A DNA stretch of 64,000 nt from a virus. Location of the stretch: IMG/VR virus record IMGVR_UViG_3300021602_000007, positions 3,179 to 67,178 of that record. One strand, given 5' to 3'. Each line of letters begins with the position of its first letter. The first letter of the stretch is position 1. A program made the position numbers and the translations under genes. The notes beneath the pieces were generated by a model that saw nothing but the letters and a program-made list of their open reading frames with translations, was not told the origin of the DNA and searched no databases. Of this stretch, positions 50,023 to 58,305 are shown piece by piece.

Positions 50023-52043
50023 TATATAAACAGTTTATGTTTCTTTATATTAAACATTCCCCTTGATTCGGAGAATAATACATTTTTAATTTTTGGTTTG
50101 AACATTGAATTTACTCTAGGGTCTCCTGATCCTCCCACCTTACCCATAATAGGATCCATCTTAATTGCTTGAGCTATAGCTAGCTCTGCTGCAACAATAC
50201 GGTCAAAGTTACCAGAATCATTGTATTGTATAATCTCCTCAAGAAGAACAGGATCAAATATCTTGCTCACTCCTAAGAACTCTTTTGTCACATCTCCATC
50301 ATCATTTGTTTCCTTATATATAGATTCTTCCATATACTTCTTCAAACAATTATGAAGATAATCAATAATCTTTCTAGAACTACGATGCACCCCATACTCA
50401 CGTTTAACGGTAGTGTTAGGTACAACTTCTAACAACCATTGTGGTTGTTTCTCTAGATAGTGTGCATCTCCCTTTGCTTTCATATATTCTATAAAAGAGA
50501 TGTCATCATTCTCACATAGGGTACGAGCATTATAATACTTAATCAAAAGTCTTGCCTGTTCTTCCCATGTTTCTTTTTTATCAGGACGAGCACAATAACT
50601 AGCTACAAACATATCCTGATACTTCTCTCCCATAATATCATGCATCCTCTTATATATGTATACACTTCCTAGAGAGGAACTATATGCAGACTGTCCTTGT
50701 CTGTAAGGGTCAACTCCTGCAACATATAAACCATATGGAGGATTCTCTACAGGAAACTCATATATAACAACAGGGGCATCCTTTAAATCGGAGCTCTTAA
50801 GAGGGAAGTTTGTAATTGGCTGTTTATCTGTAAACTCATGTGAAGTTTTTTCTCCATCGTGAAACAGAATAACAGGTGTTCCTGTACGTTCTTGATTTAA
50901 TAGTCTAGTCTTCTGACGCTTAGCTGCCTCAATATCAAATATGTTTGTATCCTCATTTAAGAATATATCATCCACTTCAACAGGATAATACATCTTCTCT
51001 TTTAGATATGCAATTCTATCGCCAGCTTTCTTTAACCGTTCAAGGTTTGTGTTGGTAATTTCTGTTGCCTTTTCTTCATTAGATACAAGCATTGGTATAT
51101 CGTGCAGCTCGCTAGTGGATGGTTTCCCAAGGAATGCCCCAAGTGTTGAGGACTCCTTTGCTTCCATCCTATACTTGTACGAGATGAATAACCCATGAAC
51201 TCGGTTGGTGTCTTTTTCATTATTATATGTTAGGAAGTTATAGTTGTCTACATCAAACATGAGACTTTTAGCATCCATAAACTTCTTCATATCTCCACCA
51301 GTTCCTGTAAGAATTGGAGAACATCCCCAACCAAAAGGAGTGGTAAATCCAGGAACTGCTGCCTGGAATCCTCTGAGAAAATTACCTTTACCTATCTCAT
51401 CAATAATAAGCTTTCTAGGCTTTGTACCTGCAATAGCCTCTTCATTATTACCTTCATCAAGATTCCTGATGAGGATCTGGGAGAATGGAATACGTTCTCC
51501 TGCTTTTGTTTTAATTCCTAATGTCACTTGATTCTTCCAATTGTCCTCCACTCTCTGCCATCTCCACGCTTCAGGAAGAAAGTTTAATCCCTTATCAAGC
51601 TTATCTGTAATAAGTTTTATATCCGCTGAGTTAAGACCAGCAATAATATTCTGTGAGTTCTCATCAAACGTAGCTCCCCAACCAATATAACTTGCCTCTA
51701 TAACTGATTTAGCAAAACGTCTAATTCCTAGAATAACAAGTCCTCTCTTCTCTTGATGAGCCTTTTCTATTTCATTAGTTACAATCCACTCATTGTCTCT
51801 AAGATATGGATTAGCATACTTCTGGTTAATCCTTCCACGCTCATCTATTATATCTACCTCTGTGTGCCATATATTTAAATGCCAATATAAGAAAGGATTG
51901 ATATACTCTCCATTCATCATACAGCCTGTGAGGCATATCTCTTTGTGAAAATCAAAGAATGCTTTATACTCCTCTGATTGTCTATCTGGAACTCTAGGCT
52001 GATTAATGAACCAATCCTTATAATCTATTGTAGGGATTATCAT
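50022..52043 (-). CDS. terL: terminase large subunit
   Basis: Walker A-like RRFAKS, Walker B LIIDEIG, coupling motif TGTGG, RNase H nuclease YVAGVDPY and C-terminal NFDR. Confidence 0.9.
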   Translation of the reverse strand: MIIPTIDYKDWFINQPRVPDRQSEEYKAFFDFHKEICLTGCMMNGEYINPFLYWHLNIWHTEVDIIDERGRINQKYANPYLRDNEWIVTNEIEKAHQEKRGLVILGIRRFAKSVIEASYIGWGATFDENSQNIIAGLNSADIKLITDKLDKGLNFLPEAWRWQRVEDNWKNQVTLGIKTKAGERIPFSQILIRNLDEGNNEEAIAGTKPRKLIIDEIGKGNFLRGFQAAVPGFTTPFGWGCSPILTGTGGDMKKFMDAKSLMFDVDNYNFLTYNNEKDTNRVHGLFISYKYRMEAKESSTLGAFLGKPSTSELHDIPMLVSNEEKATEITNTNLERLKKAGDRIAYLKEKMYYPVEVDDIFLNEDTNIFDIEAAKRQKTRLLNQERTGTPVILFHDGEKTSHEFTDKQPITNFPLKSSDLKDAPVVIYEFPVENPPYGLYVAGVDPYRQGQSAYSSSLGSVYIYKRMHDIMGEKYQDMFVASYCARPDKKETWEEQARLLIKYYNARTLCENDDISFIEYMKAKGDAHYLEKQPQWLLEVVPNTTVKREYGVHRSSRKIIDYLHNCLKKYMEESIYKETNDDGDVTKEFLGVSKIFDPVLLEEIIQYNDSGNFDRIVAAELAIAQAIKMDPIMGKVGGSGDPRVNSMFKPKIKNVLFSESRGMFNIKKHKLFI

Positions 52044-52369
52044 CCTCTATTTTTTAAGAAGTCTTCAGCCATTGTGCCTAGTCCTACATTACCTCTCACT
52101 TCCACCTTTGCTTCTTCTCTTTCACGTAGCTTTTCAACCACTTCTAGAAGGGCAAGATAGTTCTTCATTGTTTCCTGAATAAACTTACCTTGAGCTTCAA
52201 TAGAAGCAATCACCATAGGAAGCATTCCTCCTTTAGCTGTAGGCTTCCATTCAATCCTATCAACAAGCTTATGCAAAGGATTAGCATCAACATATTGCTT
52301 CCAAGAAGACAATTGTACTTCTGCCCAAATGAGTTCCGTATTTATATATGTAGTTTTCTTTAATGCCAT
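52040..52369 (-). CDS. hypothetical protein, possible terminase small subunit
   Basis: 109-aa helical protein overlapping the TerL start; C-terminal VRG motif. Confidence 0.4.
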   Translation of the reverse strand: MALKKTTYINTELIWAEVQLSSWKQYVDANPLHKLVDRIEWKPTAKGGMLPMVIASIEAQGKFIQETMKNYLALLEVVEKLREREEAKVEVRGNVGLGTMAEDFLKNRG

Positions 52370-52650
52370 TACACTAGTTTTAATTTTTTTTGTATCCTAT
52401 TTAAAATAGAATATATTTCTTTAATATCTTTTTTAATTTCCTCTTCTGTAGAAGAAAGTATAACATCTAAGATATCTTCTTCATCAAATGACTGTCTGCT
52501 TTTTAATTGTAATTTAATCTCTTTATTTTCTGATCTATTTAAAAGATTATTAACCATTTCGCATGCATCATCAGAACCACAAGCTGGTAAATCGTCATTC
52601 CTATGTGATATATCATTTAAATAACTATCTATTAAATCTTGAATTTCCAT
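52369..52650 (-). CDS. hypothetical protein
   Basis: 93-aa ORF with AACTACATATG leader, translationally coupled. Confidence 0.6.
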   Translation of the reverse strand: MEIQDLIDSYLNDISHRNDDLPACGSDDACEMVNNLLNRSENKEIKLQLKSRQSFDEEDILDVILSSTEEEIKKDIKEIYSILNRIQKKLKLV

Positions 52651-52672
52651 ATGTAGTTGGTTTTTGTTGTTG

Positions 52673-52945
52673 TTAATATGCGTCTTCTGGATCTGCTAAG
52701 AGAAAGAAACTATCCAGATTCATCCCCTCCTTTATTATAACATCTATATCCTCATCTATGTGAGTGTCTAGATCAAGCTGCTTTGCATATTTATCAATTG
52801 CATAATACAACTCTTTATCTTTCATACTCCAGAGATCATAGTCATCTATAACAGTGGCTAAATGCTTCCCCATATTCTGTGCTGGATGAAGCTCCTTCAA
52901 TGTTTGTAGAACACCTAATATCTCCTTATAATAATTTATTCTCAT
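52673..52945 (-). CDS. hypothetical protein
   Basis: 90-aa ORF in the operon. Confidence 0.65.
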   Translation of the reverse strand: MRINYYKEILGVLQTLKELHPAQNMGKHLATVIDDYDLWSMKDKELYYAIDKYAKQLDLDTHIDEDIDVIIKEGMNLDSFFLLADPEDAY

Positions 52946-53121
52946 ACAAACAATCCTGCTGATGTTGCTGACAGTTTACTAATAGCTCCTTTCACAACAG
53001 ACGTTAGAATAGTCTGTATATGATCATTTGCAATCTTTTGTGTATCTTCATTAACTCCTGGTGTGGCAACTAATGCAGCTAGCCTCTCCATAATCATAAA
53101 TGCATCTTGTGTGTCTTTCAT
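52942..53121 (-). CDS. hypothetical protein, 59 aa (not in ORF track)
   Basis: MKDTQDAFMIMERLAALVATPGV...SAGLFV*; ATGA overlaps with both neighbours. Confidence 0.7.
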   Translation of the reverse strand: MKDTQDAFMIMERLAALVATPGVNEDTQKIANDHIQTILTSVVKGAISKLSATSAGLFV

Positions 53122-53336
53122 ATCAATTGGTTTAATTCGTCTTCTGATAATTTCTCTACATCCTCTGTAGGTTCTTCTGAATAATACTCCTCTCGTACCA
53201 TTAGCCCTATCTCATCCTGATTGGGATCTGTTGTTCCCATAATATCAATAAAGTCTGCACCATCATCATATATCTCAATAAGTGACGTAATGAAATTATG
53301 CAATGCAATCTTTCTAATTAGTATTTTACTTTTCAT
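53118..53336 (-). CDS. hypothetical acidic protein
   Basis: 72 aa; coupled overlaps with neighbours. Confidence 0.65.
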   Translation of the reverse strand: MKSKILIRKIALHNFITSLIEIYDDGADFIDIMGTTDPNQDEIGLMVREEYYSEEPTEDVEKLSEDELNQLI

Positions 53337-53619
53337 TTATTCTATCCTCCTCTTCTTTAGAAACAACTGATGTCCAATAATCCATAGGACAACAACATGA
53401 CAAACATTTAGTTTTTGCTGACAACGTACATCCACAATCTGTGCAATGCTCATCAATACGTACAGAATGATAATCCTTCTTATTCCTAGAATTAAACTCG
53501 CATCCCTTACATATCATCATCCGTTCCCTACTCACCAACTTAATAGCCTTCTTCAAATGTGCTGGAGGAATAATATGATTTCTCCATCCCTCATATATAT
53601 GTGCAAATTCAATGTTCAT
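53326..53619 (-). CDS. Cys-rich putative Zn-binding protein
   Basis: R..IC..C, C..CGC.L.AKT, CP..W pattern common in phages. Confidence 0.65.
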   Translation of the reverse strand: MNIEFAHIYEGWRNHIIPPAHLKKAIKLVSRERMMICKGCEFNSRNKKDYHSVRIDEHCTDCGCTLSAKTKCLSCCCPMDYWTSVVSKEEEDRINEK

Positions 53620-53960
53620 GAAATCCTCTTATTTAAAGCATTGATATTATTCTCCACCGTATTCATTGTAGCTGTCACTTGCTTTCTCTTCTGTTCTGTA
53701 ACATCCTCTTTAGCCAGCTCATTATTCAACACCTCCATCTGTGAAGAATACTTCTTCATTGCCCTATCAACTCTCTTCTGTGTAAGAACAAACTTCCCAA
53801 ACCCAGAAAGCTCCACTGTCCTATATTTTGAAAGAGCATCAAGAGCAGAACCAAATTGATGATTAATAACAATCTCAAGCGTCTTCTCAGAAATCATCAT
53901 ATCAACAGCCATCTTCCTAATAAGGAAATTCTTTACAGAAAGACTAATTGGTTTGTCCAT
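53616..53960 (-). CDS. HU/IHF-like DNA-binding protein
   Basis: VELSGFGKF signature; likely start at ATG 53960 (MDKP). Confidence 0.65.
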   Translation of the reverse strand: MDKPISLSVKNFLIRKMAVDMMISEKTLEIVINHQFGSALDALSKYRTVELSGFGKFVLTQKRVDRAMKKYSSQMEVLNNELAKEDVTEQKRKQVTATMNTVENNINALNKRIS

Positions 53961-54306
53961 GAACAAGCTTTATTTCCAATGTAACATCCTTATTGAAATC
54001 CAACAGAATAATTGGATTCACCTTTATCTTCCCCTTATCCTTAATTAAAACATGTATTCTCTTAAGCTTACTAATAATATTATTAATCGTAGGAGACGTT
54101 GTATTATACTTCTTACAAAAATCTTCTCTCACATTAGCATATGACATATTACCCCTAATAGCTGTAAAAGCTATGAGCTGTATTTCCCTTGTCGTAAGCT
54201 TCAAATCATTAATAGCAGAAAGGAGAGAATAATATCTCTCAGCCAATAATAAACTATTATCAACAGACTTCTTAAGACTCTGAACTATTATTTTGGTTTC
54301 CATCAT
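53944..54306 (-). CDS. winged-helix DNA-binding protein
   Basis: LTTREIQL...TSPTINNIISKLKR..VL..KIKVNP HTH/wing pattern; first gene of the late operon. Confidence 0.6.
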   Translation of the reverse strand: MMETKIIVQSLKKSVDNSLLLAERYYSLLSAINDLKLTTREIQLIAFTAIRGNMSYANVREDFCKKYNTTSPTINNIISKLKRIHVLIKDKGKIKVNPIILLDFNKDVTLEIKLVHGQTN

Positions 54307-54320
54307 TTAGTTTATATGTA

Positions 54321-54351
54321 CAAAGATAAACCTAATTATAACAATTCCAAT
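54321..54351 (-). promoter_or_regulatory. Bacteroidota sigmaA-type promoter heading the late/structural operon
   Basis: Minus strand ATTG-N19-TATCTTTG, 14 nt upstream of the ATG at 54306. Confidence 0.7.
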
Positions 54352-54646
54352 TGTTTCAATATTGTATATTGCTATATTATCCCTTAAATTGTTTTGATGT
54401 ATGTAGACCAAGCCCTACCACCGCCCCAAAGGTCAAACTAAAAAATCACATTTCCAAATCTTTTTAAATTTTTTTTTCTATAGGGCCAGAGAGGCATCTT
54501 GTGAGTGTGCTTGTCATAATTTTTTTCTACCCCCCCATAGTGATGTGTATATGGGAGGAGAGCCTACTACCAATTACAACCCCACCTATTTTTTAGCCTT
54601 CAGGGGGTGGGCTCCCTACATTAATAAACTTTAATACTATTCGATT

Positions 54647-55057
54647 ATGGCAAATGTTACAGAATTATTAGCAAAGGTTGATCGTCGCGAAGATCAGCAA
54701 TCAGAAAACACAAGTGTTGGTACTCTTCCAGAGATTTTTAAGGGCTACTCAACGTTGCTTGTTCGCAGGAGCAAAACTAAAGCAGAGCGTGCCACGATCT
54801 TGTACAAGAAATTGAACGAGACTACAAACAAGGTGGAAGTAATTACTGTGATTTGCAGTAAAGATCTGACTCAATTAGTACGTTCCTACAGAGTGGGAAT
54901 GGGAGAGATCAGTGGATTTCCAGTATTCCACAATGACAAACAAAATCAGTTCTATGTGGGAATGCCTGGCCAAGGATGGACAGAGCAAGATGATATCATT
55001 GTAAAGGAATGGTCTCCTGAGGCCATTGATTACAATAATCTCGCAGGAGCGATGTAG
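54647..55057 (+). CDS. hypothetical protein, first gene of the early module
   Basis: 136-aa ORF with A/T-rich leader, divergent from the structural operon. Confidence 0.75.
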   Translation: MANVTELLAKVDRREDQQSENTSVGTLPEIFKGYSTLLVRRSKTKAERATILYKKLNETTNKVEVITVICSKDLTQLVRSYRVGMGEISGFPVFHNDKQNQFYVGMPGQGWTEQDDIIVKEWSPEAIDYNNLAGAM

Positions 55058-55064
55058 TCTGTGC

Positions 55065-55370
55065 AGAGAGAGAGCTTGCCCTTCGGGGCTCTCTCTTGAA
55101 GCATATATAAGGGTGGGTGAACAACGAATTCATTCGTACAGTTGGGTGGGTTAATTCACAACAAATGTTCATTCATCCTTATATATCTTCTACACTAATG
55201 GTATATTACCTTCTCTTTAAATTTTTACGAGAGAGCAATGGTAATTTAGCATTAGTTTGTTAGTGTTTGTTGGGTGAGAATGTAGTGCTGTAGCACCTCT
55301 CAATGGTAATAACCGTTAATATTTGATACGGAATTATCAAAATACAAACATTACATATAGCATTAGTGAT
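55065..55370 (+). ncRNA. candidate structured non-coding RNA
   Basis: C(UUCG)G hairpin; 21-bp stem 55103-55123/55166-55186 with 3 G-U pairs enclosing two hairpins; further stems 55194-55256 and 55261-55353. Confidence 0.5.
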
Positions 55371-55430
55371 ATATTATTATCATATATAGAATAAATATTT
55401 TCTTCTTATATGTATTGATATATATTTATA

Positions 55431-55490
55431 TTCTGTTCTTGGACTATTGTTCAAGCTGATGATGACCTAATAGAAGGTCGAAACAAAAAA
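55431..55490 (+). ncRNA. type III hammerhead ribozyme (variant core)
   Basis: GUU triplet; stem I CUUGGAC-UAUU-GUUCAAG; CUGAUGA(U); stem II GACCU-AAUAGA-AGGUC; GAAA; stem III UUCUGU/ACAAAA; loops I and II are complementary. Confidence 0.72.
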
Positions 55491-55525
55491 GTATTTAATT
55501 ATATAAACTCAAATCTTATTTAATT

Positions 55526-55720
55526 ATGAAACCAATTTATTCAAGTAAACAAGTGCAGCGTGATGCTGACATACGTGTGTATACACGTGAGAGTGAAAAT
55601 TATATCAAACAGCAGAGATATGAAGCTGCTGTAATGATAGCTACTCAAAAGGAGAGATTCAATATTAGAACCTATCCAGAGACAGAACAAGATTATCATA
55701 ACTTAGTAAATCATATATAA
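55526..55720 (+). CDS. hypothetical protein
   Basis: 64 aa; AATTATG leader. Confidence 0.65.
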   Translation: MKPIYSSKQVQRDADIRVYTRESENYIKQQRYEAAVMIATQKERFNIRTYPETEQDYHNLVNHI

Positions 55721-55721
55721 T

Positions 55722-55847
55722 ATGAAAGTTATAATAATACTATTGTTAATGAGCATTATGTGCTCTTGTGGTGTTCAATATTATGGAACATCAGGTTCGT
55801 GGAAACAGAATAAATGTACTAAACCTTATAAATACAACAGACGATGA
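55722..55847 (+). CDS. small putative lipoprotein, 41 aa (not in ORF track)
   Basis: MKVIIILLLMSIMCSC-GVQYY...: basic N-terminus, hydrophobic core, xxSC lipobox. Confidence 0.55.
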   Translation: MKVIIILLLMSIMCSCGVQYYGTSGSWKQNKCTKPYKYNRR

Positions 55848-55945
55848 ATTTAAATTTTGACTTTGAGAGGATTACTAATGTACTAATTTTAATGTTATGT
55901 ACATTAATAACATATTACATTGTAGTAAAATTTATTATTAACTAA
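55844..55945 (+). CDS. small membrane protein, 33 aa (not in ORF track)
   Basis: MNLNFDFERITNVLILMLCTLITYYIVVKFIIN*; ATGA overlap with the previous ORF. Confidence 0.5.
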   Translation: MNLNFDFERITNVLILMLCTLITYYIVVKFIIN

Positions 55946-55948
55946 TTT

Positions 55949-55990
55949 GAGTTTCCGAAAGGCACATATGTGCTGAGTAGGAAGCTTTTT
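55949..55990 (+). other. hairpin with E-loop (GAAA/GAGUA) internal motif, followed by a U-tract
   Basis: GAGTTTCC-GAAA-GGCAC-ATAT-GTGCT-GAGTA-GGAAGCTT-TTT. Confidence 0.6.
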
Positions 55991-56013
55991 ATAAACTATT
56001 ATATAGCATTGTT

Positions 56014-56265
56014 ATGAAAAACATTAGTTGGAGTGAGAATATGAATGGTTATACAGAGGGAAGCACACTTGTCCTCACTACTAAACCAAAGGAAGAAGTT
56101 GTAACATTAGATGTTGCAATAGAAGTGCAAAAGGCTATTGATAGTCTCACTGATATCATATATAATATTAATGATGTGTATAATTATAAGGCACATAAAG
56201 AACTATATGATGTGCAAGTTTCATTAGTGCTGGCTAAAAGAGCATTGATGAGAATAATAAAATAG
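56014..56265 (+). CDS. hypothetical protein
   Basis: 83-aa ORF. Confidence 0.65.
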   Translation: MKNISWSENMNGYTEGSTLVLTTKPKEEVVTLDVAIEVQKAIDSLTDIIYNINDVYNYKAHKELYDVQVSLVLAKRALMRIIK

Positions 56266-56274
56266 TTATATTTG
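56244..56274 (+). promoter_or_regulatory. Bacteroidota sigmaA-type promoter
   Basis: ATTG-N19-TATATTTG, 20 nt before ATG 56295. Confidence 0.55.
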
Positions 56275-56294
56275 TATTTTAAATATATACGTAT

Positions 56295-56504
56295 ATGAGA
56301 AACATTTGGGATAAAATAATGGGATACCATTACATTGTGAATCTTCATACACATAAGGTTCATAAGTTAGATGATTTGCATCATTTATGTGGTGTAGATA
56401 AGATTACATCAGAGCATAGATGGAAGATATCAAAACATCAATTGCTAAGATATAGTCATGCATTAATTAAGTGTCACCTTTGCTTTAAACATGAGCGAGA
56501 CTAA
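56295..56504 (+). CDS. small His/Cys-rich hypothetical protein
   Basis: VH...C...CHLC; possible metal binding. Confidence 0.6.
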   Translation: MRNIWDKIMGYHYIVNLHTHKVHKLDDLHHLCGVDKITSEHRWKISKHQLLRYSHALIKCHLCFKHERD

Positions 56505-56589
56505 AGGAGGAATGTGTGCAGGATGTAACACATGGTATTATTTCTTATTATGTCCCAAGTGTGGAAGCGTAGTAATAATTAAAAATTAA
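56491..56589 (+). CDS. 32-aa zinc-ribbon microprotein (not in ORF track)
   Basis: MSETKGGMCAGCNTWYYFLLCPKCGSVVIIKN*; CxxC and CPKCG motifs. Confidence 0.55.
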   Translation: MSETKGGMCAGCNTWYYFLLCPKCGSVVIIKN

Positions 56590-56594
56590 AAATT

Positions 56595-57152
56595 ATGTAT
56601 TACAAATTCAATGAAGAACTGCTAACATTTACAGAAGTGAAGATGGTAAAGAAAGCATTTGCTATTGTAGGAATTATAGCAACTGCCATTACAATAATCA
56701 GCTGGTCAGCTGTTAAGATTGATAAAAAGCTCACAGAGAGGCAAGTATTGATCATAATGGCTCAACAGAATCAGTTTACTGAAGGTAAATTGGTGGATCA
56801 TATTAAGGAAATGAATTTTCAGTTTCCTTATATAGTATATGCACAAGCATTGTTAGAAACAAATAACTTTCATTCAAGGATATTTGTAGAGAATAATAAT
56901 CTATTTGGTATGAAAGAGGCTACACAACGTGTCACTCTTTCTAAAGGATCACAGAACAATCATGCTTATTATAAGAACTGGTCAGATTCTGTATATGATT
57001 ACGGATTCTATTGTGCAACATATTTATCTAAACTTAAGACAGAAGATGATTATTATAATTATCTTTCACAATCTTATGCTGAAGATGGAGAATATGTTAT
57101 TAAGCTAAAGAATATTATAGACAGAGAGAATTTAAAATCAAAATTTAACTAA
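56595..57152 (+). CDS. GH73 glucosaminidase-family peptidoglycan hydrolase with N-terminal membrane anchor
   Basis: AQALLET (catalytic Glu), NNLFGMK, W.DSV.DY and YAED..Y motifs; TM segment AFAIVGIIATAITIISW. Confidence 0.8.
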   Translation: MYYKFNEELLTFTEVKMVKKAFAIVGIIATAITIISWSAVKIDKKLTERQVLIIMAQQNQFTEGKLVDHIKEMNFQFPYIVYAQALLETNNFHSRIFVENNNLFGMKEATQRVTLSKGSQNNHAYYKNWSDSVYDYGFYCATYLSKLKTEDDYYNYLSQSYAEDGEYVIKLKNIIDRENLKSKFN

Positions 57153-57349
57153 TGATATTTACATGTAGAAGTTGTGGTGAAAATCACAATCTTGATGTTA
57201 CAGAGAGTCAATTGTTCCAACATAAACAGGGACAATTGGCTCAAGTTGCATTTAGTAATCTCACAGCAGATGAACGAGAAATAATTATCTCTCGTATATG
57301 TGGAAAATGTTATGATGAACTATTTAAACTAGAAGAAGATGAGGATTAA
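57152..57349 (+). CDS. zinc-finger hypothetical protein
   Basis: CRSCG...ADEREII...ICGKCY. Confidence 0.7.
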   Translation: MIFTCRSCGENHNLDVTESQLFQHKQGQLAQVAFSNLTADEREIIISRICGKCYDELFKLEEDED

Positions 57350-57563
57350 TAATATTAAATCACTAATCGAGAGATTCCTTAATGATTATTGTATTGAAGT
57401 TAGGGATGATGAAACTGACGACTATGTAGAACTTATGATGGATAATCACAAATGTGTAGATTATAATGGTCATTTATATTATTTACCAGAAGATTTATCA
57501 TTAGATGAATCAGATCAATTGTTAGAAGAAATGATTATAAATACTTTGCTATATGGGTCATAA
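57339..57563 (+). CDS. hypothetical acidic protein
   Basis: 74-aa coupled ORF. Confidence 0.6.
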   Translation: MRINNIKSLIERFLNDYCIEVRDDETDDYVELMMDNHKCVDYNGHLYYLPEDLSLDESDQLLEEMIINTLLYGS

Positions 57564-57601
57564 TTGAAATTATTGTAAGCTATTTATTAGCACATGAAGA
57601 C

Positions 57602-57630
57602 AAGCCACCCAAATAAGGGTGGCTTTTTTG
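57602..57630 (+). terminator. intrinsic terminator
   Basis: AAGCCACCC-AAATAA-GGGTGGCTT-TTTT. Confidence 0.85.
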
Positions 57631-57653
57631 TTAAACTCAAAATCAAATAAATT

Positions 57654-57833
57654 ATGAAACAAGTATTAAATTTTGCATTGTGGTTATTTTTTGTAGTGTG
57701 GAATCTACCATTTCTACTTATTTTATTAATGATGTCAATGGTTCATTGGGATCATAAGTATTTTAATATCATAAGCAATAAGTTTTGTGATATTCATCAT
57801 GCCATTAATGGTGTTAATAGCCATTTAGACTGA
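57654..57833 (+). CDS. small membrane protein, 59 aa (not in ORF track)
   Basis: MKQVLNFALWLFFVVWNLPFLLILLMMSMVHWD...; AATTATG leader. Confidence 0.6.
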   Translation: MKQVLNFALWLFFVVWNLPFLLILLMMSMVHWDHKYFNIISNKFCDIHHAINGVNSHLD

Positions 57834-57837
57834 TGTT

Positions 57838-58305
57838 ATGTATTATCCAGGTGAATTAGTAGTTAAAAACTACAAACCTCTTCATCTTGAGAAGGGAATG
57901 ATGTTTATTAGAATGCATCGTGCTGGTACAGAGAATGAATATCTAGAAGTATATCAACTAGATCGTTCATTTATGAATATGGATGACGAAGAAGATTATA
58001 TTAATAACAATGGTTATCCAATAGAATTATATATTCTTGATACAGATGAATCCATTCTCGCCACTCCTGAACAAATAGGGTGGTGGGATGAAGGAGAAGA
58101 TTCTGATGAGCTCAGAGATATAACAATCAAAGACATTAACTATATAATCCAAGAGTGTGATGGTATATTAGAAATAGATGTTGATGATGATGAGTATGAA
58201 TATGGAATAATTGATTCTACTATTGCAGAAGATAAAGTGATATTAAGACTATTTTCTGATAATGATGATGATGATGAAGAATTTATAGAATCATGGGACG
58301 ATTGA
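57838..58305 (+). CDS. hypothetical acidic protein
   Basis: 155 aa; ILATPEQIGWWD motif. Confidence 0.7.
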   Translation: MYYPGELVVKNYKPLHLEKGMMFIRMHRAGTENEYLEVYQLDRSFMNMDDEEDYINNNGYPIELYILDTDESILATPEQIGWWDEGEDSDELRDITIKDINYIIQECDGILEIDVDDDEYEYGIIDSTIAEDKVILRLFSDNDDDDEEFIESWDD

